NCBI GenBank assembly: GCA_963733375.1
Contig: CAVTDB010000006.1
Location: 1 to 64,000, forward strand
DNA: 64,000 nt
Source of the DNA: Nitrospirota bacterium
Lineage (GTDB): Bacteria; Nitrospirota; JACRHJ01
Direction: 5' to 3'
Part shown: positions 28,845-40,481 of the stretch, piece by piece
Layout: each line of letters begins with the position of its first letter
Numbering within the stretch: the stretch's first letter is position 1
Notes under the pieces: generated by a model
Seen by the model: only the letters and a program-made list of their open reading frames with translations
Told to the model about the DNA's origin: nothing
Databases searched by the model: none
Made by a program: the position numbers and the translations under genes

Positions 28845-29721
28845 TTGAAAGGCTATCTCCTTATAACCGGCGCTTTTTTCGTCTGGAGCACCTGGGGCGT
28901 TACCGTGAGATGGCTGGGCCTCCCGGCCGGCGAGATCATCTTTTTTAATGCACTCTTCGCCTGTATTTTCCAGAGCGGATGGCTGGCATTTCGGGGGAGG
29001 CGCTCAGGGGCGAGGCTTCGGCCTGATTTTGTCCCTGCGCTATGGCTTGGGTTTTTCGGGCTGGTCAACCTCCTGTCCTTCCTGTACGCGCTGAAAGTAA
29101 CGACAATTGCGGCGGCGCTTCTGACGCATTACGTGGCCCCCGTTCTGGTCGCCCTCCTTGCCCCGCTTACGGTGAAAGACAAGGTGGGCAGGGATACGCT
29201 GGCGGCACTCGTGGTCGCCGCGGCGGGGCTTGTTTTTATCTTTGCGGGCGGACTGGATTTCTCGGACGGCAAGGGTATCCTTGGCGCGGCTTCCGGCACG
29301 CTGTCCGGGCTTGCATATGCCGCGGTGATACTGTACTCGCGGGTCTTAAGCCCCAGAAACCACCCGTTGAAGCTCTCGCTCGTGCAGGCGGTCCTGAGCG
29401 TGATTTCCGTGGGCGTGCTGATCCCGTGGCTTAAGTTCAAGGCTCCGGGCGTAAGCCAGTTATCCGTTATAGCGGCTACGGCGCTTTTCCACTCCACGCT
29501 GGCAAATGTCCTGTACCTTAAGGGCATCCGGACAGTTACCGCACAGGAGGCGGGGGTGCTAGGTTATTTCGAACCGGTACTGGGAATTATTTTGGCCGTT
29601 GTTTTTCTTGGTGAAATCCCGCATCCCTTCGCACTCGCGGGCGGTGCGCTGATTATCGGTTCCGGCGTAAGCATCATTTACCTGGGCGGGAAAAGAGGGC
29701 AGAGCAGGGGGAGTTATATGA
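28845..29721 (+). CDS. DMT/EamA family transporter
   Basis: About 10 hydrophobic segments; AALLTHYVAPV, YFEPVLG..FLGE; end inferred from ATGA overlap. Confidence 0.85.
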
Positions 29722-30287
29722 TAATTGGCGTGGACATAGACAACGTTATCGCGGATACCGAAAAAGAGGTCAGGCGCGTCCTGAAAAATGACAGGGGCAT
29801 AAGCCTCGTCCGGGACGACTTCAAGCATTACGCCCTGGAGAACATGCCCGGCCTCGGCAGTGAAAACCTGGACTATATCCTTGGCCGGTTTAAGGACGGC
29901 AGCATATTCTTGAACGCACCCGTGATAGGCGGCGCGCGGGAGACCCTCGAGCGGCTGATGCAGAGGCACAGGGTCGTCCTTGTGACAAGCCGCCCGCCCG
30001 CGGTGGAAGGTTTTACACGGACATGGCTTGAGAAAAACGATATCCCGTTCCATGAGCTGCACTTCACCCCGGAGTCTAAGGTAAACGGAATACCATACGA
30101 CCTGTTTATCGAGGACCAGGACAACTTCGCAAGCGAGATAGCCGACAGCGGAAGCTACGTCCTGCTCTATGACGCGCCGTGGAACCGGCACTTAAGCCAC
30201 GACAGCATTACCCGCGTATTCTCCTGGGAAGACGTGCGGAAATTCTGCTTCCCGCCCTGCGCGATAGGAGACGGCGCGAATAAATGA
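29718..30287 (+). CDS. HAD superfamily 5'(3')-nucleotidase-like protein
   Basis: IGVDIDNVIAD, VTSR, TRTWL, FIED, APWN; own GGGGAG RBS. Confidence 0.82.
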   Translation: MIIGVDIDNVIADTEKEVRRVLKNDRGISLVRDDFKHYALENMPGLGSENLDYILGRFKDGSIFLNAPVIGGARETLERLMQRHRVVLVTSRPPAVEGFTRTWLEKNDIPFHELHFTPESKVNGIPYDLFIEDQDNFASEIADSGSYVLLYDAPWNRHLSHDSITRVFSWEDVRKFCFPPCAIGDGANK

Positions 30288-31968
30288 ACCGCACGGAGTT
30301 CTTATCCCTCTCCGTAGCAATCCACGCGATTTTGATCGCGGCGGCATTTCTGATGCCAGCGCCCTTCCCGTCTCCGAAACTCCCGAAATATGCAGAAGAA
30401 CTCCTCTACGTCCAGCCGGTAAACCTCGAGGCAAGACCGGGCGAGCATCACCATGCCGGAAAAACGGCGGCTGCATTTATCAGCGGGAAGAAGGCCGGAA
30501 ACCGCGAAAGCGGACAATGGCTTCCGGCCCAAGGCGGCCATAGCTTCCATCCTGAGGCCGCCCCAGCCGTCCATCCCGCGCTGCCGATCGCCAACCGTCC
30601 ACACGATTGGCCGCGCAACCGGCCGCCGTGACCCCTGCTCCGCCTGCTCCACCCTCCGCACCATCCTCCGTACCACACTCTTCCCTTGCGGCCTCTCCCG
30701 CTCCTGAAATAAAGGCCGTTGCCGAGAGACGCGTCCCGGCGGCTCTGGGCGTAAAGGCGGACAGGGAGACTGTGAATTTCAAGTACCAGAAGGGCTGGCC
30801 CGCGCCGGGGATGGTCAGGGTGCGGGTAAATGTTCTGGGCGCGGAGGGCGGGGGAAAGGTAAGCTGGAAGGCGAAAGCGGACGAGGACTGGTTAATCGTA
30901 TCGCCTTTATCGGGGGCCGCGCCCGGCCTTATACGCATCGGTGTGGACCCTGGTAAAGTCTCGGTCGGTTTTTATGACGCGACCGTTTCGATAGTGCCGT
31001 CGGATGCCGGCGTGAAAGGGGACGAAGTCGATGTGACGCTGATGGTGCTCCCGAAGGAGAAAGGGACGCCGTACCTGCCGCATTTCGCTTACGACGGGTA
31101 TATGAACGGCGAGTGCAAGGTCTGCCATATGCCCGAGGCGCTTCTGCCGGAGCCGGACTTCATGTCGAAGCCCGAGTTCTGCTCGCTCTGCCACAACCCG
31201 TCCGGGATGGCGAAGGCGTTTGTCCTGCCCCACGGCGGGCATCCTTCAGGCGTAAAAGCCGGGGCCGGGGGCACCAGATTTCCAACAAGGGGCACGGACC
31301 CGAAAGGCCCCTGGAGCGACAGGCTGGGGACGCACCTCCCCGGCGGAAAGATCGTCTGCATAACCTGCCATAACGTGATGGAGAAGCCGGGCGATTACGG
31401 CCGGAGCTGGGAGCCTGCGTCCTCGGACGACGGAGTGAACTGGTGGCTGTACAAGGGCGGCTGGGACGGCATGGGGTATATAACGCCGAAGGTATATCTG
31501 TCGGAATCGATAGCAAAGATGCCAAAGAAGGTGCGCGAGATGAGGCGGATGGAGGCTTCCCCGTCTGATTATTCATATGACGAGAGGGAGGGCGTAATAA
31601 TATTCAAAAAGCCGGTTCCGAAGTCGTACTCGGTTTACGTGACGCTGACCAACCCGTATCTGCGTATCACGACGGAGCATAACGCGCTCTGCTATGACTG
31701 CCATTCGGAGAACACGCACGAGGGCCTGAACTGCCTCGTGTGCCACAGGATACACGGCGGTGGAAACGCGAAGGCAGTCCGGGATATGGTAAGGACGTCG
31801 AACGGCGTTAAAAAGGTTTATTTCAGCGGACGCGAAGGCAGCGGGTCGTTCGCCGACGGCAGCGGCTCCGGCATCTGCGAGGTATGTCATGCCTTGAGCG
31901 GGAGCCACCTGAAATACAGAAGCAAGGACTGCACGAGATGTCATAACCACATGGACGGGTTCATTTAA
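30284..31968 (+). CDS. Membrane-anchored Pro/Ala-rich + BACON-like + multiheme c-type cytochrome (frameshifted near 5' end)
   Basis: TonB-like anchor SLSVAIHAIL; Pro-rich linker; WKAKADEDWLIVSPLSG BACON-like; 7 CxxCH motifs. Confidence 0.75.
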
Positions 31969-32211
31969 AACCGTTGTCCAAAATGCCTGCTACCCTGCCT
32001 TGACAAGATTTTATTCCTTAAGTAACCTTATACTACAATCGCAACAAAATGTAGGGGTGACACAAGTGTCACGGAAATTTTTTCCGTTACTGGTCCTTTT
32101 CAGTTTTGTTATTCTGTTCTGCATTTCTAATGCCCAGGCTGCATGGAAGGTAGAGCTTGTTTCAGTTATTCCAGGATTTTCGCAAGGCGGTCTTGATTGT
32201 AATCCGTAACG

Positions 32212-32873
32212 GTGGCAGGTCTTAAAGAGGGCTTTGCAGAGCTGAAGCTCTTTGCAGCGGCTCTGACGGCGATTACTATCCTTTTTATATATTCCCACAG
32301 CGCCTTCTGCTCTTCCATTTTCATCGTTACTCTTTCCAACGGAAACGTTATCGAGGCCAATTCCTATAGCATCGAGAAGGACAAAGTCCGCCTGGAATAT
32401 CCCGTGGGCGAGGTGACATTCCCGCTTAACAAGGTCCTCTCCATAAAGGAGAAAGACGGGAGCGTGGAGCTGTTGCAGTCAGCGGGCGTGTCCGTCGAGC
32501 ATAAAGAGAGCCAAACCGTCGCCTAAGGCCGTCAACCCAACGGCCTTAGCGCTTTCAGACAGGCGGCCGTCTATGCTGGGAAGTTCGGTAAGACCTAAAG
32601 GAAAACCGACCCACAAACCCTGACATCAAAAGACAACGCCATTCAGGACGCCCATGCAGGCGCAGGCCAGCAACCAGCTACGGCCAGTACCCAGCAATCG
32701 CGCCAGAAACACCTGCTGTGTTGCCGTTTGGCGGGTCCGCCGAGGAGAACGTGCCGTTAGCTAATGCAATTGATCGCTATCTGGCCACGGATGACGAGAA
32801 TGAGCAGGCTCGATTAGACCAGACCATCAACCAGCTCCTTGACGAGGAAGACCAAAAGCAAGAAAACGAATAA
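32212..32873 (+). CDS. Exported hypothetical protein, frameshifted
   Basis: Hydrophobic N-terminus, IVTLSNGNVIEA..beta-rich domain, acidic helical C-terminus ending QKQENE* at 32873. Confidence 0.45.
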
Positions 32874-33009
32874 CGGCGCTAACTAAAATGTCATAAATGA
32901 AGAAAGGAGGAAGGCAGGGATAAAAACAGGGACTAAGATAAAGGGCAGTCAGTGAAAATGCAGTATTCTAACAGTCGATTGTTTTAATTTTCAAACGAAG
33001 GAGAAAATT

Positions 33010-34055
33010 ATGATGAAAATTAAAGTATTTGTTATAGCAGCAGCCATCGCGGCGCTCATGTCGCCGCTCGCCGCCAGTGCCGCGACCGCGGTCACTTTAC
33101 CGGCAATACGTTTACTGACCTTAGCTCCATAAACACAAGCAATTGCCGGCACGGCCAAGGACGCTAAGTTTACCGTCATTGACCTTATTCCGCGACGAAG
33201 AAGGTAACCAAGAAGTTCACACTCACCGGCGGCAAATTAGCCACTACCGCTCTCACTAACTCTCTTCGGCAGCTGTTCATATATGACAAGAAGACTTCTA
33301 CTCCTGCAGCCCCCGCTCAGGGCCTTAAGATCCTTTTTACGAATCGTCAACTATGACAAGGTCAGGCCATTGTAAATGCCGCCTTGTTAAGGCCGGGAAA
33401 AAGTCAAACGTGGCATCCGGCCAGGGCTGATAAAGTTTATTAACGGCAATGACCAGGGCACCATACGACTATAACTCCGGGCGTAAGATTCTGCAATGAC
33501 AAATCACCTTACCGGCGTGGGCAACGATACCCAGATAATTGTAACCGGCAATATCGTTAGAAAAGTAAAACTCAGAGACAAAAAAGATACCGATACCTAC
33601 CACAGAGGACCGGCTACATTTACTTGTGTTCAGCCCCGCAGTGAAAACCGCAGGCGTACAGAGGCTTGAAGTGACCGGCGCGGTTCGGGTAACTAAGGTC
33701 AGGAGTGGCCATAAGGGTATCGTTACGATGTCTTTCCAGCCTGGTACGGCAGCTTTTAATACTTATACAGGCACATTGACGTGTGTCACCTGCCCAGACG
33801 GCGCAGCAGGTACACATGCACGGAGCTATAAGTGTTGTCGCGAACATCAAGAGCGATAACTCCTCGGCGACTTTCAAGGTTGGCGCTATCAAGCCGGAGG
33901 AAACAACGGTCCAGACTGTAATCGCGAATTACAGCGGCGTTGGAACGGTAAGTCCTGGTATCCATCTCTTCAGTGATGACTTCCAGTACCTTAATGCCTC
34001 AGGCGCCGTCATGCCGGGCGGGACAATAACATCGTTTACTAAGATAGCTAAGTAA
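33010..34055 (+). pseudogene. Secreted Thr/Gly/Val-rich protein broken by many frameshifts (pseudogene or poorly resolved sequence)
   Basis: AAGGAG RBS, MMKIKVFVIAAAIAALMSPLAASA signal peptide, successive plausible fragments in alternating frames, intact C-terminal ORF and terminator. Confidence 0.55.
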
Positions 34056-34077
34056 TTCGCCGGGCAGCAAATATACG

Positions 34078-34112
34078 CAAAAGCCGGGGCCGAAAGGTTC
34101 CGGCTTTTTTTC
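34078..34112 (+). terminator. Rho-independent terminator
   Basis: AAAAGCCGGGGCC-GAAA-GGTTCCGGC followed by a T-run. Confidence 0.8.
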
Positions 34113-34167
34113 ATTGTGTAACTTTAAATCTTCCCCTTGCGTCTTCTGTGTATCGGTGAAAATTTCA

Positions 34168-34232
34168 TTGACAAAATCAGGCCTCGCGCTTAAACTCTGA
34201 CCATTCGGTCAGTGAAATGACTGCTTGGTCAG
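34168..34232 (+). promoter_or_regulatory. Sigma70 promoter plus tandem TetR-type operators
   Basis: TTGACA-17 bp-TAAACT, then CTGACCATTCGGTCAG (34197-34212) and ATGACTGCTTGGTCAG (34217-34232). Confidence 0.75.
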
Positions 34233-34253
34233 TTTTTAGGCGCGGCAGGGGCG

Positions 34254-34877
34254 ATGGAAAAAAAACATCTTCAAAAAAAAGAATTAATACAGCAGCTTCG
34301 CACCGAAGGCATACTCGCCGCCGCCCGGATCGTAATCTCCCAAAAAGGTCTCGACAAGGCTACGATGGACCAGGTTGCGGACGAGGCGGGCATCTCGAAG
34401 GCAACGATATACCTTTATTTTAAAAACAAGGAAGAGCTTTATTACCGGTGCGTCGTGGACAGGATGGACGAGCTTCTGGCGGAGATGGAAAAGGCGGCGG
34501 AAATCGACGACCCGATGGAGCGGCTCCGCAAGCTGGTGCTGACCCAGGTGGAATGTATCGACTCGGACAGGGACTTTTTTAAAGTTTACCTGATCGAAAG
34601 CAAGGACCTGCTTTTCGACAAGACTTCGGAGTGCGGCCAGGAGTTCGCTAAACGGTATGACAGGCTCGCCCGCATGATAAGCGGTTGCATCCGGGAGTGC
34701 ATGGACAGGCGCCAGATCCGGGAGATGGACCCGCAAAAATGTTATTATATCCTCTTCTCGATGGTGCGGGGCATGGCGATGTTCAGCATGATGTGCGGCA
34801 AGGGAAGCCCGATGTCGGACGAGGCGGCGGTTATCCTTGATGTTTTTTTAAATGGCATGAAGGCACAGCAGGTTTAA
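34254..34877 (+). CDS. TetR/AcrR family regulator
   Basis: ILAAA..KG...TMDQVADEAGISKATIYLYFKNKEEL. Confidence 0.94.
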   Translation: MEKKHLQKKELIQQLRTEGILAAARIVISQKGLDKATMDQVADEAGISKATIYLYFKNKEELYYRCVVDRMDELLAEMEKAAEIDDPMERLRKLVLTQVECIDSDRDFFKVYLIESKDLLFDKTSECGQEFAKRYDRLARMISGCIRECMDRRQIREMDPQKCYYILFSMVRGMAMFSMMCGKGSPMSDEAAVILDVFLNGMKAQQV

Positions 34878-34894
34878 TCGGAGGAATAATATTT

Positions 34895-36354
34895 ATGTCC
34901 GGACTTCTAAAATTTTTTCTGATTCTCAGCGTGATTTTAATTGCGGCGCCCGCGCTTGCGTCGGATACGGGAAAGGCTGCACAGGCCGCGGGGTTCGCCA
35001 ACGCATCCTCAGCCCCTCCGGCCCCGGCCGCGCAGTCATTTGCCAATCTCATCCTCGGCGAAAGGTTCCCCAAGCCTGATCAAACTGCCGCCCGCGCCGC
35101 AAGCCGTAGCGCCTTCGACGACGCCTCCGGCTTCCGCCAAGGCGATGACCCTGGAGGACTGCATAGCCATCGCCCTGGGCGATCATCCCAGGATAAAGGG
35201 CGCGGAGTCAGGACGTGGATTTCGGGCGGTTCAGGACTATTCGGCGCGGAGGCGAACTATTATCCGCAGATCAATTTCAACCTCACCAAAAGCTGGGTAA
35301 ACTCGGTTATACCTATCGGCAGTCAGCTTCTGAGTTCTTGAACGAGCATTCCACTTACTGGGGTTTTACCGGGAACTGGACCCTCTTCGATTTCGGGAGG
35401 ACGTACTACTCGGTCAAGAGCAACAAGGAACTTGAGACGGCGCTGAAGAAGACGCTTACAAATGTCCAGGAAAATGTCGTATATGATATCCGGGACGCAT
35501 TCTTCGGTCTGCTCCGGGCCCAGACACTCGTGCAAGTGGCCGAGGAGACACTGGACCAGGCGAACAGCCACCTGCGGCAGGCCCAGGCTTTCTACGACGC
35601 GGGGGTAAAGCCGCGTTACGACGTGACGTCGGCGGAGGTGGAGGTCAATAACGCCAAAGTGCAGATCATCCAGGCATATGACGCGGTGACCCAGGCCAGG
35701 ATAAATTTAAATACCAGGATGACGGTGAACACGATGACCCCGACTGTCGTGGTGGACAGGCCGGAACTGGAGCCGCTGGACAAGACACTTGACCAGTACC
35801 TGTGTCGTCGGTCGTTAACCGCCCGGATATCCAGTCGCTTGAGTCCCAGCAGAAGGCGAACGAAATAGCCGCAAAGGGGGCTCTGTCCGGGTTCCTCCCC
35901 ACTATAAGCGCAAGCGGCGCTTACAACTGGAACGATCAGGCCCACACTAGCATATTTACGATACATCCAACTACAAGTCGGGATCAGCATACCCATCTTC
36001 CAGGGGTTCGGGACAGTCGCCCAGGTAGGCCAGGCGCGGGCGGCGGCGCTTTCCTCGAAATACAGGGTGGAGGACGCGAAGCTGAACGTCTTGAACGACG
36101 TGGCTTCCGCATACCTGAGCGTGCAGGACGCAAAGGCGCGGACGGTAGCCCTGGAGGTATCTGTCCAGAAGGCGCAGGAAAACCTGGATATTGCCCAGGG
36201 GCGGTATGAGGCGGGGGTGGGAAATATTATCGACGTGACGGATGCCCAGGTGCTTTTAACGACAGCGAAGACGGACAAGGCGCAGGCTTACTACGATTAT
36301 CACCTGGCGTATTCCAAACTCTTAAGAAGCACGGGCGTAGGAGTGGTACAGTAA
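34895..36354 (+). CDS. TolC family outer membrane efflux protein (multiple frameshifts)
   Basis: MTLEDCIAIAL, NYYPQI, WTLFDFGR, FYDAG..RYDV, RYEAGVGNIIDVTDAQ. Confidence 0.85.
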
Positions 36355-36356
36355 AA

Positions 36357-37642
36357 ATGAAAAAGATTATCATAATTGCGGTCGTTCTCGCGGCCCTCGC
36401 CGCGGTCGCCGGTTATTTATACACCGGGAAAAAATCTCTTGACCCGAAGGACTATGTTGTCGAAAAAGCGCACGTCGGCGACATCACTTCCTCCGTTTCC
36501 GCCACCGGAAAGCTCCAGGCGAAAGTGACCGTCCTGGTGGGTACCGAGGTATCGGGGACGATCCGGCAGATAATGGTGGATTACAATTATCCCGTAAAGA
36601 AGGGGCGAGGTGCTGGTGAAGCTCGACCAGGAGCTTTTCAAGGCCCAGGTGGACCAGGCGCGGGCGAACCTTATGAATGCCCAGGCGAAGCTTAAGGAGA
36701 TGGAATCCGGGCGTGGAATGACCAGAAGCGGTGTCCTGACTTCCATCGACCAGAAGAAGGCCACGCTGGACAAGGCCGATGCGGACTTCAACCGCAACCG
36801 CCAACTTCTTCAAAAAGGGTATATCGCCCAGCAGGACTTAGATGCAATGCAGGAAGCGTATCTCGTGGCAAAATCGCAGTACGAGCAGGCGAAGGCGGAG
36901 ACGGATAAGAACGATGTGACGGACGCGCAGATAGCCGAGGCGAGAGCTGCAAGTAAAACAGGCGCAGGCAAGCCTGCAAACCTCGGAGACGAACCTTTCC
37001 AAGACGGTAATCACATCGCCCATGGATGGGGTAGTGATAGACAGGACCGTCGAGGTAGGGCAAACCGTGGCGGCAAGCTTCAGCACCCCGAACCTTTTGA
37101 CCATCGGCGACCTTTCCGTAATGCAGGTGGCTATTTCCATTGACGAGGCGGACGTGGGCCAGGCGAAGGTAGGGCAGAAGGCCACTTTCACGGTGGACGC
37201 ATTCCCTAACCGCGTTTTTGAAGGTACTCTGTCCCAGATATATTATGCCCCGGTAACGGTGCAGAACGTGGTGACCTATACGGGCATAGTCGAGGTGAAT
37301 AATGAAAACGGACTCCTGCGGCCGGGTATGACGGCGAACGTAAAGATAATAACCGGACAAAAGAAAGGCGTCCTGATGATACCCATGTCCGCCCTGCGGG
37401 TAAAGCTTGGAAGCGGCAAGGAAGGGAAGGCCGGAAAGGGCCACGGGCACGGCGGTCAAACGGTTTGGGTGATGCAAAAGGACGGCCCGAAACCCGTTCA
37501 GGTGACGACCGGTCTGACCGACTTTACGAATATGGAAGTGCTTTCCGGGCTTAAAGAAGGCGACCCGGTCGTGACTGATTATTCGGGGGCCAAAAGCAAG
37601 CCAGGGGGCGGCGCCAGTTCCCACGGTTATATGAGGATGTAG
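36357..37642 (+). CDS. MacA-like periplasmic adaptor (frameshifted)
   Basis: GDITSSVSATG, VGTEVSG, SPMDGVVI..GQTVAASF, IDEADVG, LRPGMTA. Confidence 0.88.
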
Positions 37643-37643
37643 C

Positions 37644-38342
37644 GTGATAGAGGCAAGGGATCTCGTAAAGGAATATGTCATCGGCGACACGAAACTCCGT
37701 GCGCTGGACGGGGTGGACGTTAAGATCGGGCGCGGGGAGTTTGTTGCGATAATGGGCGCTTCCGGCTCCGGCAAATCCACGTTCATGAATATCCTGGGAT
37801 GCCTCGACCGCCCCACTTCCGGGAGCTATATCCTGGACGGCGCTCCGGTAGAGACCCTTTCCAAGGACGCCCTCGCTAAAATCCGGAACAGGATGCTGGG
37901 GTTTGTCTTCCAGGGGTTCAACCTCCTGTCGCGTACGACGGCCCTGGAGAATGTGGAACTCCCGATGTATTACAACGGGCATGGAGCGGACATGGAGGAA
38001 AAGGCCTTCGCGGCACTTAAGTCCGTGGGCCTTGCCGGGCGCGAGAGGCATTTCTCCAGCCAGCTCTCCGGCGGCCAGCAGCAGAGGGTGGCCATCGCGC
38101 GCGCGCTTGTAAACGACCCGTCCGTCATACTCGCCGACGAGCCGACCGGGAACCTGGACAGTAAGACGAGCGTCGAGATAATGGACATATTCACCAGGCT
38201 GAACGTAGAGAAGGGGATAACCATCGTTCTGGTCACCCACGAACCGGACATTGCCTTGTTCGCGAAGAGGCAGATACATTTTAAAGACGGTAAAATCATC
38301 TCAGACGAGAAAACCGCGCCCTCCGCGAAGGCAGGTGCCTAA
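37644..38342 (+). CDS. MacB/LolD-type ABC transporter ATP-binding protein
   Basis: GASGSGKST, FVFQGFNLL, LSGGQQQR, ADEPTGNLD, VTHE. Confidence 0.94.
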   Translation: MIEARDLVKEYVIGDTKLRALDGVDVKIGRGEFVAIMGASGSGKSTFMNILGCLDRPTSGSYILDGAPVETLSKDALAKIRNRMLGFVFQGFNLLSRTTALENVELPMYYNGHGADMEEKAFAALKSVGLAGRERHFSSQLSGGQQQRVAIARALVNDPSVILADEPTGNLDSKTSVEIMDIFTRLNVEKGITIVLVTHEPDIALFAKRQIHFKDGKIISDEKTAPSAKAGA

Positions 38343-38345
38343 GCC

Positions 38346-39561
38346 ATGTTCATATTACCGACATTAAAAATTGCGTTCCGGGGTCTCCGGGTAAACAAAA
38401 TGCGTTCCGCGCTTACTATGCTGGGGATAATAATAGGCGTGGCGGCGGTAATAACGATGCTCGCCGTCGGCGAAGGCGCGAAACAGTCCCTGGCGCAGTC
38501 GATAGCGTCGCTTGGGAGCAACATGATACTGGTGATACCGGGGAGCACCACGTCCGGCGGGGCAAGGATGGGTACGGGTAATACGACTACCCTGGTGCCC
38601 GAGGACGCCCAGGCGCTGACGAGTGAGAGCGCGATAGACTCCGCCGCCCCCCTGGTGCGCGGCACGGGACAGGTCGTATTTCAGGACAGGAACTGGAGCA
38701 CGTCTATAATGGGCACGACAGAGGATTACGAGTTCGTCCGGGAATGGCCGGTATCTAAAGGCAGGTTTATAATCAAGCAGGACGTGGACGGCAGAACGAA
38801 GAACTGTCTTGTAGGCCAGACGGTCGTCGAGGAGATATTCGGCGACGAGGACCCCATAGGCAAGATAATCCGGATAAAGCAGGTGCCGTTCACGGTGGTG
38901 GGCGTGCTTGAAAAGAAAGGCCAGTCCCCGATCGGGCCAGGACCAGGACGACACCGTGCTCGTGCCGCTCTCGACTGCCATGTCCAGGCTTTTCGGGATA
39001 ACGTCCGTGCACGCCATAATGGTCAAAGGAAAAAGCAATGACCAGATGGACCGGGCGGTGGACCAGGTGACGGCGCTCCTGCGGCAGAGGCATAAAATAA
39101 CGGAAGGCGAAGATGACGATTTCTCCGTCAGGAACCTGTCCGAAATGCTCGCCACCGCGGAGGCCCAGACGAGGATAATGGCTATACTCCTGGGCAGCGT
39201 TGCCTCGGTTTCTCTTTTGGTCGGCGGCATCGGGATAATGAACATAATGCTCGTCTCCGTCACCGAGAGGACCCGCGAGATAGGCATAAGGATGGCCGTC
39301 GGGGCAAAGGAGAAGGACATCCTGCTTCAGTTCCTGGTGGAGGCGGTCGTGCTCTCGCTGATCGGCGGCATCATCGGGATAATGCTCGGGGTGGGACTCT
39401 CGACGGCTGTGGCGATGTTCTCGCAGTTTAAGACCAGCGTGTCGCTTTACAGCGTGCTTCTGTCGTTTCTCTTCTCGGCGGCGGTCGGGATATTCTTCGG
39501 TTTTTATCCCGCAAAGAAAGCGGCGGGGATGGACCCGATTTCAGCCCTGCGTTACGAGTAG
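38346..39561 (+). CDS. MacB-type ABC transporter permease (frameshift near 38935)
   Basis: RSALTMLGIIIGV, VGGIGIMNIMLVSVTERTREIG, FGFYPA..DPISALRYE. Confidence 0.92.
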
Positions 39562-39600
39562 CGCCGGAATCGGCATTGGAGAGTGAAAAAGGGGGAATGA

Positions 39601-40434
39601 ATGAACGGCAAGCTCCGCATAGGCGAGATAAAATACGCTAACTGCACGCCGCTGTATTCGATGCTCAAAAGGTATTCCGACTGCTCTGACTTCGAATTCG
39701 TACCGGGCGAGCCGTCGGAGCTTAACCTGCTTCTCTCGAATGGCGGGATAGATATAAGTTCCTCGTCTTCCATCGAGTACGCGAGACACTGGCGGGAGTA
39801 TCTTGCCGTGCCAGGCGTATCCATAAGCTCGCATGGCAAGGTCGGAAGCATCCTGCTTTTTTCAAGGAAATCCATAGAATCACTCGCGGGCGCGGAAATA
39901 TCGGTGTCCTCCGCATCCGCCACCTCCGTCGTTTTGCTGAAGGCGCTTCTTAAGTTCAGGTATGGGATCGAAGTGAAGTTAGTCCCACGGAGGCCTGTCT
40001 TAAATGAAATGCTGGAGGGACGGCAGGCCGCGCTTCTGATCGGAGACGAAGCCCTGAAAGAAAACCTGGCGCTAGACCCGTCCCTGGGGCTTAAGGTATA
40101 TGACCTGGGGACGCTCTGGCAGGAGTTTACAGGGCTTCCGTTCGTTTATGCGCTATGGATGGTCCGAGAGGACTCCGCAAAACGTCTTCCAGAGCTTGCA
40201 AGACTTTTTAAAACGGGAATAATCTCGGCGAAGGAAGCCGCCGCCGGCAGGTATGCCGAAATTGCGGCCTCTGCCCCGGAATCCGCCTGGATGGGCATCC
40301 CCAATCTGGTCGATTACTGGGAAACCATGTCTTACGAACTTTCGGATGAGCATATAGCCGGGCTTATGAAATTCTACGAATTTGCCAAAGAGCTCGGCGA
40401 GGTCTCAGACGTCCCTCGGCTCCGGTTCCTCTAA
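39601..40434 (+). CDS. mqnA: Chorismate dehydratase (futalosine menaquinone pathway)
   Basis: IGEIKYANC.P, G.VGSILL, SATSV.L, LLIGDEAL, DLG..W...TGLPFVYALW. Confidence 0.88.
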   Translation: MNGKLRIGEIKYANCTPLYSMLKRYSDCSDFEFVPGEPSELNLLLSNGGIDISSSSSIEYARHWREYLAVPGVSISSHGKVGSILLFSRKSIESLAGAEISVSSASATSVVLLKALLKFRYGIEVKLVPRRPVLNEMLEGRQAALLIGDEALKENLALDPSLGLKVYDLGTLWQEFTGLPFVYALWMVREDSAKRLPELARLFKTGIISAKEAAAGRYAEIAASAPESAWMGIPNLVDYWETMSYELSDEHIAGLMKFYEFAKELGEVSDVPRLRFL

Positions 40435-40481
40435 AACCGTATTTAATTGACTTTTTAGGCAATTTCCTGTAAATTAAATCT

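Noticed and set aside
28845-30287. Apparent EamA transporter-HAD phosphatase fusion (480 aa)
   Set aside because: An internal GGGGAG RBS and an ATGA overlap at 29718-29721 follow homopolymer runs. It is most likely an indel artefact, though only reads can exclude a real fusion.
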